Shown: positions 25,631 to 38,469, numbered from the whole stretch's first letter. The stretch is 60,790 bases of DNA, filler included, from Sphacelaria rigidula (GCA_964200075.2; 9 parts of 9 records of this genome joined end to end with filler, not necessarily neighbours in it), one strand, 5' to 3'. The notes: generated by a model not told the origin, from the sequence alone. Numbers and translations: made by a program.

Positions 25631-26049
25631 AACACTGGATTCTCGAAAATGAGGTTGAACAATAACTGAGGTTCAACTCAAAAGCCGTGCTTTCCCTTAC
25701 CTAAATTCGAAATAAATGAATTCAATATGGACGAACCCATCCCTCCCCCTAAAACTATGTCGGGGGATTCCTATTGTTCCGTTCCACCAAAAGGTATGTG
25801 CGAAAGCACGATTTTTGGGCCAAAAAGCGTCCTCTTTATACCCCGAAATCGAGGCGAAAGTTGCTCTCGCACAACATACCCTATGGGGGAATGAAAGGCT
25901 AGAAATTCCCCGAAATAGTTTTAGGGAGGTCGGGAGGGATGAGGTCGTCGGTATGAAAGTCATTTGTCATGAATTTAGGTGAGGGAAAGCGCGGGTTTTG
26001 AGATGAACCTCATTCGTTTGTTCAACCTCATCCTCGAGAATCCACTCTT
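25631..26049. mobile_element. Foldback MITE (~420-440 bp, almost wholly palindromic)
   Basis: Long imperfect inverted arms (GAGGTTCAACTCAAAAGCCGTGCTTTCCC ... GGGAAAGCGCGGGTTTTGAGATGAACCTC). Same family at 44954-45393, with partial copies at 40598-40689 and 60750-60790. Confidence 0.9.
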
Positions 26050-26199
26050 CGTACCACACCACACCAGCCTTACAACATGCTCCTGGGTGCAGACAATAAC
26101 GTTTTTGGGTCGATATCGGATTCGAATCCATCGTAAGGTCCAAAAAGAAAATAAATATCTTCGAAGAATGCTGGCGGCAGCCCTCAGCGAGGTCGTAAG

Positions 26200-26560
26200 C
26201 TCGTTCAAAACTCCAAACTGTCCGTATAGTCAAGCAGTGTGTTCGATGCATCCCGGGATGCTCGAAGGATTGGACCCGTGCGATGCTGTTTGTAGAAGCC
26301 ATATGTTGTTCCACCAATCGAACGTTCGCTTCGTTTCTTGGCTGGTTCAGCTCCTACATCATCGCCAAGAAAAGCCTCGGCACGAAGACGAAGTGCAAGC
26401 AAGCAAACTGTCCTTTTTTGTGGTTGCTTTCAATGACTGCCTCCGAATAACAGACAAGCCATAGGCACGATTCCCATCCCATGTTATGGTCAACATAGCT
26501 ACGAACGAAGCAGTCGCTTGAAACACATGGCCCACGACACACTATCCATTAGGATGACAC
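26200..26560 (-). pseudogene. Degenerate rve/DDE integrase-core DNA-transposase remnant
   Basis: RGPCVSSDCFVRSYVDHNMGWESCLW...CLHFVFVPRL resembles RG..S.I.G.SxHNxRIERLW...LHxVFxP of eukaryotic integrase-core transposases; an in-frame stop follows. Confidence 0.4.
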
Positions 26561-26895
26561 GCGAAGAGACGTAGAGGACGAAGCTGAGTATAATACTATT
26601 CACCCCGGGTGGCCCGAATCCTGGCTATCCATCGACAACATGTTTTGACCGTCCATGTACAATTATTAGGGAAGGAATGGACCGATGATATTTATTCGGA
26701 GCGCCATCAGGCGATAAAAATTTGGACTTCGTCAGACTGAAAAATTATACAGTACTGGACAAAACAGCTTTCGAACGATGAAAACTCCTGGTTTCCCGCA
26801 GCACACACTAACTTTATATGCAAGATACATGTCCAAACGGTCTTAGCCGTCGATAATATTCTTCGCGTGGTGTAGCTTGATTTGAAGATGTCGGA

Positions 26896-26966
26896 GAGTG
26901 ATGCTACGGTAGGGGGTACAGAAATAATTTCTGAGGTTAGAATTCTTAGGAGCCCCTTATCTCATC
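26896..26966 (+). mobile_element. Partial GAG...CTC MITE, cut by the contig end
   Basis: GAGTGATGCTACGGTAGGGGGTACA... matches the termini of the copies at 32626-32889 and 42261-42510. Confidence 0.85.
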
Positions 26967-27066
26967 NNNNNNNNNNNNNNNNNNNNNNNNNNNNNNNNNN
27001 NNNNNNNNNNTTAATTAATTAANNNNNNNNNNNNNNNNNNNNNNNNNNNNNNNNNNNNNNNNNNNN

Positions 27067-27237
27067 GGGTTAGGGTTAGGATTAGGGTTAGGGTTAGGGT
27101 TAGGGTTAGTGTTGGGGTTAGGGTCAGGGGCATGGTACCTGCAGGGACTGGTCCCATTGGCTTTGAAAAACGTTGATCCTGAGGTATTTTGAACAACGGC
27201 GCGATCCTCTAAGCACGCGGTCCTCTCACGCATTACA
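27067..27237 (-). mobile_element. Telomere-repeat-containing MITE, partial (contig starts inside the TTAGGG tract)
   Basis: (TTAGGG)-type tract followed by the family core and TIR ending CACGCATTACA. Confidence 0.9.
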
Positions 27238-30200
27238 CCGTAGTACCCATGTACTGTAGTGTCGAATAACCCGAACACGTGTACGTATTCGAGAGGGTAT
27301 GACACTCGACCGCATCCGTATCACATGCCTGCGACAATCAAATCAAACACTCCGGGGTAGAAAAGGTATCAGTGCATGGGAGGCAGACACATCTATCGCT
27401 GAACAGCTCGTGGTGCGGGTTTGGTGGACCGGATTTAGACCATGACAGCAATGCACTGTGCCGACTCCAATTTACTGTACTGCAGTGCAGGCTAATTCAG
27501 AACAAGCCCAAGAAAACAATTGCTATTCCGTTCGTGCACGGGGTGCAGTGCTCCAAGTTACCTTGCGCACTACAGTAAGTTCAGAGAGAGTTCAGCACTG
27601 AAGAGTACATGTAACCGGAGCACCCGTAGCCACAACGCCGGGGTCTCGGCCAATATGTTGATTTGATCACGACCGCTAGCATGGGCTATGGAACCTCGCA
27701 GGCCAAACTGAATAGGCCGCTCGAAAATACTGGCAGAGCCACCAGAAGATGGAACTCGATGACAGCGATGCCGAAAAGTAAAGCATCCAACGCTGTCACG
27801 AGAAGAAGAAATAGACACCCGGTACAGGGCATCGTCCACGAAAGCAACGCAACTGCCGATCAAAGGCTGCATCGTGCGTGGGCACATGGAGATAAGATAC
27901 ACTGTGCGATCCGGTCAACACATGCGGCTTTGATCAGTGCGGCACGGAACAATTTCGGCCGTCTATACTCCTGTGCTGTGACGGGTAGCTGTACTCGCAG
28001 AAGACATGCACCAGACACAATATGAAGGCGTGATGCATTACTGTTGGCTGATCGTGTCTCGATCCACCATCTCATGACACAGCAAAACAGAGCACATCTA
28101 TAACGGAAACGTACCTGTATCATTCGACAACGTACACAGATGGGTAGCAGTGATCAACAGTGTGTAGTTACTCCGCACTTTCTCATGAAAAAACATAGGA
28201 ACGGAGCAAAAGGACTCCTGTACAAAATCGAGCATATGTGAACTATATACGGTAGAAATATGATCACCGCATCAGATTGCTGCCGAGGAAGAGTGCAGTA
28301 CACAAGCAATACCTCGGCGTTTCCGGCGTGGTGGTCAGAGGATCAATTCCTCTAACCACGTACCATCCTCGGGGTGGAGCGATGCTGTGCTGTCGCGGTA
28401 TCACGAAAGCAATCCTGCAAAATAATGTACAGCACGCAAACTGGGCTGCATGTTGCTCCGCACGCCCGGAGAGTGACCCTGGGGTGCAGCACTAAAAACG
28501 TTTTTGTGCTGCACGCATGGGTTATACACAGGCGTGCGCAGACGAGCTGTGGGCAAAGGGAATATGGCCGGTGCTGATATAGAAATTAAACGTCGAGAGT
28601 TGTAGGGTGCACATCGTGAACGGCAGTTGGGTAGTGGCGCACGGTGATGAACCTCGGTGCTCTGTACAAGCAAACCTCGACGTAGCCCGCTTGGAGATTT
28701 TTTGTTCGGACCTGAAACCAATTGTACACGTACTGTTTTGCGCCGGAAACGGGGTAGACAGCAAGGGAACGATCGCAGCATGTACAGAATCCACAAAGCC
28801 ATCGCAAACTATAAACAATAGCGAGCGCGGAGGTGCACGCTGCTGCTATGATCGTTATTTTTGTAGGCGGCAGCCAGGGGCGAACGTGTGCATAGGAAGG
28901 AGCTCCGAATAGAAAATAAATCGTGCAGCTGCAACAACAGCACTCCCGCAGGCGGGAAAACGAAAAATACTTGTTACCAAAAAGTGCGACTGACTGTCAT
29001 AGGACGCGCAAAGTACGTACATAGGCACGGCTAGTGATACAGTCGACACGACACACCAGAATACGCTCAATGCAGGCGGCTCAGCGGTGCGCGCTAATTC
29101 TACAGCGTTATTGCAACCGTCGGCAGTCCAGGGCAAACCACCGTACGGGAGCGCGGGGAAAGAACACAAAAATGAGCCGCGGGGCTGAAACAGGCCCTCA
29201 CTCGGAAAAATAAGGGGTAGTAAATATCCAAAATCCTTGACTGGGCTGCTGCTGCAATATGTCTCGGGGAGGCACAGAAGTATCCCTCGCAACGCAATAG
29301 GCGATACACAACAAGAGCTTGATCGCTATAAGCTGAAGCCCCATGTATTATGAACTTATGGCTAATCGCCTTGCAGAAGGCAGCCTCAATTCACTTTTGC
29401 CCTGATATGTTCTCACGAACAGAGGCTCAAGTCGCGTGTGCCAGGTTACAAAGCACAGCTGCGTAGTAACAGCTCGACCCAGATCCAAATCAAATAAAAA
29501 CTTCAAATCCAGTTGTCGCAGAAATAGATTATCTCCTTGTATTTTACAATGCGAACCACAGCCAGTAGTTTCCCCACAACCAAAAGTTCGCTGGTAAGGA
29601 CTCACTTGGAACTCGGAGCAACGGCGGCAAGGCTGATGATATCCTGGGCCCAAGATGGAGTGAGCTCAGATGTGCTCGGGGCGATGGTGTAACTACCTTA
29701 CGCAGGAATTATCCCCCTATCAAATCATAGTACAATAACCAAAGAGCAGAAATCCTCCATCCAACAAACGTTCCGGGAACACTATTCGTTGTGCACTTGA
29801 TTATTCGATGTGCAGCAGACATCAATCATACTGTATCTCCCATCGACTATCCAGAACACATTGTATTTGTATCTTGCGACAGGTTGACATGCCTCGACGG
29901 CCAACCAAGAGTCACATGTAACGTTCATTTACTCCATCTGTATGTCCGGAGCGACGCTAGTTCCTTCAAATACCATAACACGCTACAGTATATCGCTACG
30001 TCACATTTTGTAAAGCTGTCCGTGTTGCAGCTACAGCGTGCGTTTGCCCCAGGTGGCGCACGCAGGAGTGAAAGGACGCCTTCGCCGCTGTAATGGCTGC
30101 CTGTATCTTGAGCGAAGCTGTATGGTAACACGGCCGTGGTTGGTGGGCCCACACAAACCAAAAGGGGGAGACGTGCGTCCAGAATAAATGGGACGACAAT

Positions 30201-30839
30201 TCACACAGCGCTCTGTATGCATTATACTTCCAACACCGTGTTCGTACTGACGATAGAAATACTTTCTCCACGATTTGGTACATTTCCATATGTAATGCAG
30301 CGTGTGGCACATCTCGACTTATAATGTGACGGAGAGTCTGGTATGTTTCCACCTGTACATGTATGTAATAATGTCACTCGGTGATATCGAGAAAAAATCC
30401 ACAACATCTGGGCGAACTGTAGGTGAGGCGCAATCGCCGAAATATTCACCTGAAAACTCTGCTCCAGTGCACTGTAAGTTGACATCGCTAGAAGGACACT
30501 ACCATAACCACCTTGCCGGCTCCCAGGCTGTCATGGACTGTCAGGACGCAGGATTCGCTAGCATTGCTACTGTCTATACGGTGCTGTTGCCCCTGTGTCA
30601 GGTACGTTTTGGAGTATGATACTAGATGAAGATCACCCTTCTTTGTACATGGGCATCAAACGCTGCGGGTTCTCACTCAAGACTTCGATTTGGAGAACGA
30701 TACCAGGTAGGCAGCGGCAAGTGCTGTGTGTCCAGGTGCCCCTTGGAGCAGGATGCGTTTGGTGTCCGATTGACGAAGTTATCCCAAAGAAACCGAAATC
30801 GATAAGAGTTTTACACTGGAAAAATCTAGCAAATTATAT

Positions 30840-30930
30840 ATCGCAAGAATCTGATCGCAAGAGTCCCGACGCAAAAGAACTATCGCAAGAATCCGATCGC
30901 AAGAATCAGGACGCAAGAATCAGGACGCAA
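30840..30930. repeat. Minisatellite of ~13-14-bp CGCAAGAATC(A/C/T)GA units
   Basis: About six degenerate tandem units. Confidence 0.7.
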
Positions 30931-31303
30931 AAACGGATTCGCAAATAACCACTGAGTCGAATCTTTACCCGCAGCAGAAACCAACTTCACTTTGTGAAAT
31001 TGGAATGTTGTACGTGGAGTTTGTGGGGTGAAGCGTCAAGCTCCGGACATACGCGCCAATTTTGATACCAAGATCATGTCTGCAACTCCCCTTTCTGCGG
31101 CGTCAGGCAGCATCCCAAAGTAGTTATTTTGGGGCAAGAACTTCGTCACCCCTCTCTGCCCCCTCCTCCAAAGTGTGGGTGATCGGAAAATGCGCCGCAC
31201 ACCGACACAGGGCACAACGGTAGAGGCAAACGAAGCAAAAACATGTACTCCGATGGACAGGGCAGAGTAAAAGAGTATATCTCGTCATTTTTGGCCACTT
31301 CAG

Positions 31304-31550
31304 ACGCTTCCTACGATTGCCCCCCCGAAAACCGTTCATGGTTTTGGTGGGCAAAATCTTCACGTAAATCGAAATGGGAAAAGCCGAACACCAGAGGCAG
31401 CTGGGAATTCCCACGCTTGGGTTCGTTCTAGCCAATGTCGCCAATATGGGGCGCTTCATGCGGCCTGAAACCAAACATCAGGCGCTGTCTGGCCATTTGT
31501 TTCGTGACACGTTTGGGCTGGTTTTGGGGGGGGGCTATCGTAGAAAGCGT
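31304..31550. mobile_element. MITE of the same TIR family as 16037-16571
   Basis: ACGCTTCCTACGATTGCCCCCCC ... GGGGGGGCTATCGTAGAAAGCGT; flanks CTTCAG/ATTCAG. Confidence 0.8.
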
Positions 31551-31565
31551 ATTCAGGATACAGCT

Positions 31566-31700
31566 GGTAATCCGTGAGAGGACCGCGTGCTTAGAGGACC
31601 GCATCGCAGTTCGAAACATCTCAGGGTCGACGTTTTTTCAAACCAATCGGGCCAGTACGTGCAGGGACCACGCCCCGGAACCCAACCCCAACACTAACAC
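31566..31700 (+). mobile_element. Telomere-repeat MITE, truncated in the repeat tract
   Basis: Left TIR and core present; ends in CCCAACCCCAACACTAAC. Confidence 0.85.
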
Positions 31701-32625
31701 TACTTCATACCGTTTTTAACCAAATACAAGCACACCGCGAGCGTGGCAGGTCGTCTGACACACCTATCTATGAGCCTCTTTTTGCGTACAATCAACCCCC
31801 CCCCCCCTCCTATCGTATGATGACTTCGTAGCATTGCTCATTTGCTCGCTTTCAACCGCACTAACGTACCCTATGTCAGCCATTTGTGTACTCATTCGCG
31901 GACAAAACAAGTACAACTTGACTCAATATGCGCGTAAAAAACCTCGTTGACCACTACACGCAAATGTAGTCGAAAACGACATGTGTACCTCCACCCGAAC
32001 ACAACTCACCCACTCAGGGGTTGGGTGGGAGCGTATGCTCACATATCCAAGCTCGAACCCCGCCACCCCTGATACATTATTTATGATAACGAGCAGTCTA
32101 CTACGTAAGAACAGTTGTGGGTAAAATAGACATACATCCACCGGTAGGCTTCCGCTTAGTGTGTCATACTGCCCTGACTTGGTCGCGTGCAGGCAAACTT
32201 CAAGACCACGTCGAGGGCAACCCACATGAAATCGGATTAACCACTTGCGGCGTAAAATCTCTATACACGATCTGTGTAAGTGAAACGGGACATGCGACGT
32301 TGTCGTGAACACACCACTCAAATGGTACCATTTACATGCAGAAGATCATTATCCTGTAACTACTGCGTGTCAATACACTACTCTAACCCGTACCCTCATG
32401 TCGCCGTTATTGAAACAACAAGCGAAACCTCAGGTTGATTCCGATCACCACGAAGAGTAGACAACATGCGCGCATGCAGCGACACCTGTACAACCTTCTC
32501 TCCTCAATCCCCACTCGCAAACACCGACAGGTGTGCATGGAGTGGCACATGCGCAAATTTCCCTTCCCAATCCCCACTCGCAACCAACTGCGCTGATCAT
32601 GGCGGGCGCTACGAGCAACAATAAA

Positions 32626-32889
32626 GAGCAATGCTACAGTAGGGGTGCACTTTGTTCGCGAATATTTGTCTGGTTCAGGGGCTCCTAACGATCCCAGACG
32701 CACAAGAATATGGGTCAGGGCATCCCCGTTTGCAGATAAAAGATGTAGTTGGGATATCCCCAGCACATTGAAATAGTAATCCTGGGGTACTCTCGCATAT
32801 TTTCACGAGTCGTGTTTTGGATGAGATAAAGGGCTCCTAACAATTCCAACCTCAGAAAATATTTGTGTACCCCCACCGTAGCATCACTC
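32626..32889 (-). mobile_element. 264-bp MITE with GAG...CTC termini (Sola-like, 4-bp TSD)
   Basis: TIR GAGCAATGCTACAGTAGGGG / CCCCACCGTAGCATCACTC; flanks TAAA/TGAA. Confidence 0.85.
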
Positions 32890-33066
32890 TGAAGCTGACC
32901 TACGGTGTTGAGTGACTGCTTTTCTTTGACATTATGGTACTCATGTGGTGCGTGCGCTTTCGTTGCACATATTCCCCTTAGCGATCTATGACGACGAAAG
33001 GACTACGGTCGGCCTCGTTGGGAGGACTATTCAACTACTCGCAAGGCGTTACGTGTGTTGTATCAC

Positions 33067-33277
33067 TGTCATGCGTGAGAGGACCGCGTGCTTAAGGGGG
33101 CGCATCGTAGTTCGCAACACCTCAGGATCGACGTTTTTCCAAACCAATCGGGCCAGTTCCTGCAGGGACCACGCCTCTGACCCCAACCCCAACACTAACT
33201 CTGACGCCAACCCTAGCCATAGGGATGTTCAAATTACAATATGGTCCTCTAAGCCCGCGCTTCTCTTACACATAACA
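33067..33277 (+). mobile_element. Telomere-repeat MITE, full length, diverged
   Basis: Both TIRs, core and a variant CCCTAA tract. Confidence 0.9.
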
Positions 33278-33665
33278 CCACTGAAACGCTCACTGCTGCT
33301 ACACTTGGTACCTCAGCCCCTGCATCTATTCGTCATTCCTAGAAGGACAAGATTATACGAGGATGTATCACGTGACCCAACCCCCATGACAATAAACGAT
33401 ATGTCGACATTTACTTATATCTGACAGTCGAGAAGTGAGTACTCACTATGCACCAGTCCCCGATTCGTTGCGCTATATATATACGTGCATGATTCCTGAG
33501 AAAATACTAGCATATAAAATGCAGCGCAACTACCTAGTCAGCGTACTAAAGAAACGATGAATTCGGTGGGAGAACAACACGCTTCATGACTCTCGTTATC
33601 AAAGCGATAGGAAAGTAGAATTCGTCCGTACAGCAGTAATATAACACCGCCAGTACGGTGTGTGT

Positions 33666-33732
33666 TGTAATGCGTGAGAGGACCGCGTGCTTAGAGGACC
33701 GCGCCGTAGTTCAAAATACCGCAGGATCGACG
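33666..33732 (+). mobile_element. Telomere-repeat MITE, left TIR only (cut by the contig end)
   Basis: TGTAATGCGTGAGAGGACCGCGTGCTTAGAGGACCGC... Confidence 0.9.
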
Positions 33733-34489
33733 NNNNNNNNNNNNNNNNNNNNNNNNNNNNNNNNNNNNNNNNNNNNTTAATTAATTAANNNNNNNNNNNN
33801 NNNNNNNNNNNNNNNNNNNNNNNNNNNNNNNNGTGGGTGGGTGGCGTACTCATTTGTCGCTTGCCTTAGTCGTTTGGCCAATGACCACGCATCCCTTTCG
33901 AGGCGGAGCACCGTGATTGAACTGGGAGGGGCTGTTTGAAAAAGGAATAGTAATAGCCGGTGCCCTGTGGGGTACAGACTGAGTACAAATCACGTATGCT
34001 GTATGTGGTAGGTACGAACAAAAGACATGTTACGCATGACATGAAGAATAAGGAATGCTACCTTGAACCCGTTTTGGATGTAGTTTTGAGGCTGTGAGCT
34101 GGCAGGACTAGTACCATGAGGTGAAGAACAGGTGTTATTGCATGACACGATGAAATAAGAAATGTTCATTTTTCCCCATACGTGATTGATGGTCAAGATA
34201 TTTATTGATGGCCCTGGGATGATGTGCGGTGGAAGCATGCTGGCACGGCATGCCAAAACAAGAGTGTATTGCGCAAATTGTTTTTGGTCGACCGGAGTTG
34301 AAACCTGATTTTGCGCCAGCATGTTGACACATCATGGATAAACAAGTTTGTAACAGGAAGCAAAGATGCGAAATATACAGATGGATGTTGAGATGTGATC
34401 CTTTTTGGAAAGGTTTTTTTTCTATTTGATTATAACGGTCGGTGGAGTACGTATCACTATATCGATGAGATGTGGCAACTGATGCAATT

Positions 34490-35775
34490 CTGGATATTTC
34501 CCCAATTTTTTTCTCTGTGTCGCGTCGAGCCTCAACTCCCGGTGAGGCTCGATATGTGAAATCCCTGCGATAGGTGGCAAGCTAATGTTGAGTGGACGCA
34601 GACCGGCAACGAGCACAACACCTGCCGCGTAGACCTCTGGATGGACATCGGTGGAGAGACGGAACAACGCTCCACGATACCCGCGCCCCCCCAGTGCCGT
34701 CGCCCGAAACGAGGGGGGCTAGAGAGAGACGCACACTGCTTAAAAGCAAAAAATGAGGGGGGAGGCAGGATCTGATTTCATGTTGTGCTTTTGATTGCGC
34801 GTGTTGGAAACAGTTGAGCAAGATTTCGCTCTGCCGGTCCGATGTTCGCTAAGTAGAATTATGGGTGATTGACAGTACAGTATGTGCCGAAAATTATTGC
34901 TCCGCCGAATCGCGGTGTAAGAGTTGCATAGTCTTTGCAATGTTTTCCCTGTTTTGATATTTGGAAGATTGGTATCTCGAAGATTTGAAAATAGGGCATG
35001 TGCACCTGATGATGCGCAAGATGTGCTTCGATAGATGCGTGAGGGTCTTGATTTTGTACTATCTGCAGAGTTGGATATATGTCTGAACCGAGAATCAATG
35101 CGCACCGTACTGCTTGCACGATGGAATAGCGCAAAACATGAGAGTTTGTTTGCGAACTTCAAGTATGGATATTATTATTATTCTAGAGAGCTTGGTCTTA
35201 GATCTTGGAACATGATCGGAATTTTTGAGCGCAACAATTCAAATGAGGTACAGAGAACTTTGAAGTATTGTAACTTTTCGAAAGGAGGGGCGCACATTCG
35301 ATTGTGGAATATATTGTCTATGGGGGCAGGTGCGATTTTTTCCCGGAAGTACCTGTTGAGCGATGTGAGTAGTTTGAAGAGACCTTCCCGCTCACAGGAT
35401 GGATCGTTGTCCAGGATTTCTGTGAGCCTACTACTGAAATGTCTGCGCAAGGGGGGTGTGAGAATGAACAGCCTTTTCAGTGTACTCTGCAGTACTGACA
35501 AACCTCGGTACAAAGGTACCTGTCTTTACTCGACAATGTCAGTTTCATGCGGTGGGGTTTAGTACCATAGTAGGTGTATGTCTTGTTCTTACGTGCGCAG
35601 TGTCTGGTTGGAAGGCTCTGCTTGTCACGGTGTTGGGGTAGCCACACCCAGTCACTTCCTTCTCCATGCCTTGTCTGGCTACATAATATTATTCTTCAAC
35701 AACCTGTTCGGCTCTGCCGTGTCCTCTGACCGACTTTATCAGTTGTGTCCACCTGTTCCGGTGTACGGATCACGA
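34490..35775 (-). repeat. Unclassified ~1.3-kb dispersed repeat with a decayed ORF; second copy ~45950-47262 (+)
   Basis: Colinear reverse-complement similarity along its length; shared peptide YRGxSVLxxTLKRLFxLTPPL...DNDxSCER...NRYxRxKxAPAP. Confidence 0.85.
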
Positions 35776-36480
35776 ATCACGGGACATAGTATCTTGCAGG
35801 TCACTTACCGGCCCACGTTTGGTGTTCGTGCATTGAAACGTTTGGTAGGCCGTGGCTAGGGTATATTTACAAAATCGGACGACGTATTATGTCTTTTTTT
35901 ACTTGTTTCACTGGTTTAGGGCGTTTGGGTATGGCAACGACCACTTTTTTGCAAGAACCCCCGAACCTCTTCCAAACAAATAAAATGAAGGCCCGATAAT
36001 GTGAATCGTACTTGTGGGGATCCAACATACCTCATAGTTCTGTGCAAGAATCTTCGTTTGGTTCTATCATGGAAACGTTCTAGCACCCGAGAAGGCTCCT
36101 CGGACGTCCGCTAGATTTTTGAAGGATGGTCTACTTGCCTCGGAATACCGGGAAAACATTATACCGAATATGCTCAGGACCTAAGAGTTATAGCACGTTG
36201 TACGCACTGAACCCAAGGTGATCTACACACGTCAAACTGAACTCCTGGCCAATATCTGTTGGTACATGGTACCTTGATCCATGCCCTGTTGTCCGAGATG
36301 ACCTGCATGGATAAATCGCAGATCATCCCCACCTTATCTCACAATCACAACTACTCTTCTTGTCTTCAACTCCAATCTGTCTGTCTTGCTCACTCGAGCG
36401 CTCTACTGTCTACTCAACGCTACAGACGTAGCTTAGCTGGCAAGAGCATCTCGCGTTTCGCAGAGAGAGTAAGGGTTTAA

Positions 36481-36590
36481 CCCTTGGGGACCGACGATTT
36501 TTGTTTTTGTGAACCGGCATCATGTTGACTTGAAACTGAAAATGATGCCGATTCACAAAAACAAAAACCGTCAGTGAGGTCCTCTAAGGG
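36481..36590. mobile_element. 110-bp piggyBac-type MITE
   Basis: TTAA on both sides (36477-36480, 36591-36594), CCCTT...AAGGG termini and an internal hairpin (TTTTTGTTTTTGTGAAcCGGCATCAT / ATGATGCCGaTTCACAAAAACAAAAA). Confidence 0.85.
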
Positions 36591-36638
36591 TTAAATCCCT
36601 TCGTCGGTCTTGTATCGTATACGACTCTCACCTATATA

Positions 36639-37437
36639 CTTCCTCTGTCTCATAAGTTAGGACCGAGTTGGGGCACGGATCGTATCTCTCTAATGGAGTT
36701 GCTCACGATGCTATAGTTGATATCATAAGAAATATAGTTTCTACAGCTAGCTAGTGCAAAAAAAAAGACAAGAACGATTGTTTGTGTATTATATTTTGGG
36801 TCGAAAATTTCCCCAAAATGGCCAATTTTGGGATTTCTTTTGAGATTCTTTTGAGAATTCTTTTGAGAATTCTTCGACAATAGTCCACAAAAACACCATT
36901 TACACCCATCCACCTGCACACTACACCATGGACTCGCCCGTGAGTACCCCTCCGCCTCGTGAACGCGGTAGAGAACTATCGTTGGGCCTACGTTATGCCA
37001 TGGCGTACGAGATCGCCGCGGGCATTCCACCAGGCATTTCGAGGGCGCCCGCGGGCTTTTTTGGCCCTCTCGCCGAAAAGTACGGCGTAGGCGAACAATT
37101 TCCTAGAAGACTGTTGAAAGAGTGCAGAGCGCAGGTAGAGGCATCTGGGGAGCTTGATCTTTCGATCACCCCAAGGAGTGGACGTCCTTCGCATCTTCCT
37201 CCGACGAAACCCCCGGTGCTGTGGAGTGTTTTCATTTTTTTCGACCTTTGTTGCCCCCCGGAAAAGGGGCGAAAATCGGCCTTTTTTAGGCCAATTGATC
37301 GTTTGCGCGAACAAAAACAAATGACTAGACTTGACTAAAAAAAGGCCAAAGATTTCAACAAAAAAATCGAGAAACGAATCGGACATGATTGAGGGTGTCT
37401 GTGACAAAGTCGGTTCTAACTTACGAGACAGAGGAAG
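36639..37437 (+). mobile_element. Internally deleted Tc1/mariner (Stowaway-like TIR) element keeping the transposase N-terminal HTH region (ORF from 36928)
   Basis: TA TSD; ~30-bp TIR CTTCCTCTGTCTC.TAAGTTAG.ACCGA; peptide RELSLGLR...LAEKYGV...PRSGRP; no catalytic domain. Confidence 0.85.
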
Positions 37438-38469
37438 TATATACAAGGTTCCCCTCCGGGAGGTTGGTACTGGCCTCCCGGGGGTGACGCTAGTCGAAAA
37501 TGTACCAGTGTTACTTCTTTTCCATATTATGGAGGCATTTCTGTGGGAGAATATGTACCTTCTAGTAGATACTGTCAATTTCCACAGTTTCAATTGTCTC
37601 AGACCAAGAGTGGAGATCATCACGGGAAGAGGGGTGGGCATTTCCACCATGAAATGCTCGCTTCACGGGCGGTGTGCGGAGGTGGAAAAAGCACCATCAC
37701 ACACGAGACCCGTCACAGCACACATCGCAAGAGATTGCTACTGACAAAAAGTCGCGTTCCGGTAGTACACGGCGAACGTGTGCAGGGTTCTCTACATGCC
37801 GGCCCTACACCGCGCGCATGGATTACAAATCACACCTGGTAGACCTGAAGACATGCACGCAAATAATGATTGGTCCTCGATTCTATTTCATTTCAGTCTG
37901 AAGAAGGCTCTGAGAAAATTCATGATTTGGAGCAGGTGAGCAATTGTGAGCAGTAGACCCAGCTCGTCCAGAACGTCTTTTGGTCCAAAATGGGCTCAAA
38001 TGCGTCGATTTGAGCTTTTGCTACACACGCTTTACTTCAGAAACACTCTGCAACCCCCTTACGCGAGGGTTCTCCATATGTCTTGGTCGGTGTTAGGGTT
38101 AGGGTTAGCGTTAGGGTTGGCGGCATCTCCATAGTACCAACCATTGTTTACGTACATATCTGTAGGTCCCCTCTGTGAAGTACCTGCGTAGAGATGCATC
38201 TCTGTCACAAGGATGTCTGTCATCCCTGTCACAAGGACATCCCTGCGCCGGTACTTCTACAGGTGCATCCTGTGAGGGAACCCTCTCTTACGGGTTGCAT
38301 GATAACAGGGATTTGGTACCCACTTCGCTGGTCCTCCATAATAGGTGATCCACAGTGGGAACATTTGCCCACGTGTGTGCCTTTCAACTCGCCAACAGCT
38401 CATTGCACGGTTTTGTGTTTGCTGCTGACTAAGGCCAGGGCAATGATCAATTGTTTTTAACTGCTTTGC

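Noticed and set aside
27067..27130. True chromosome telomere at a contig start
   Set aside because: The tract is attached to the MITE core and TIR; the contig simply breaks inside the element.
29996..30352. Minus-strand exons (VETYQTL..., AAITAAK...)
   Set aside because: The second donor is poor, and they overlap a better-supported plus-strand exon chain; unresolved without transcripts.
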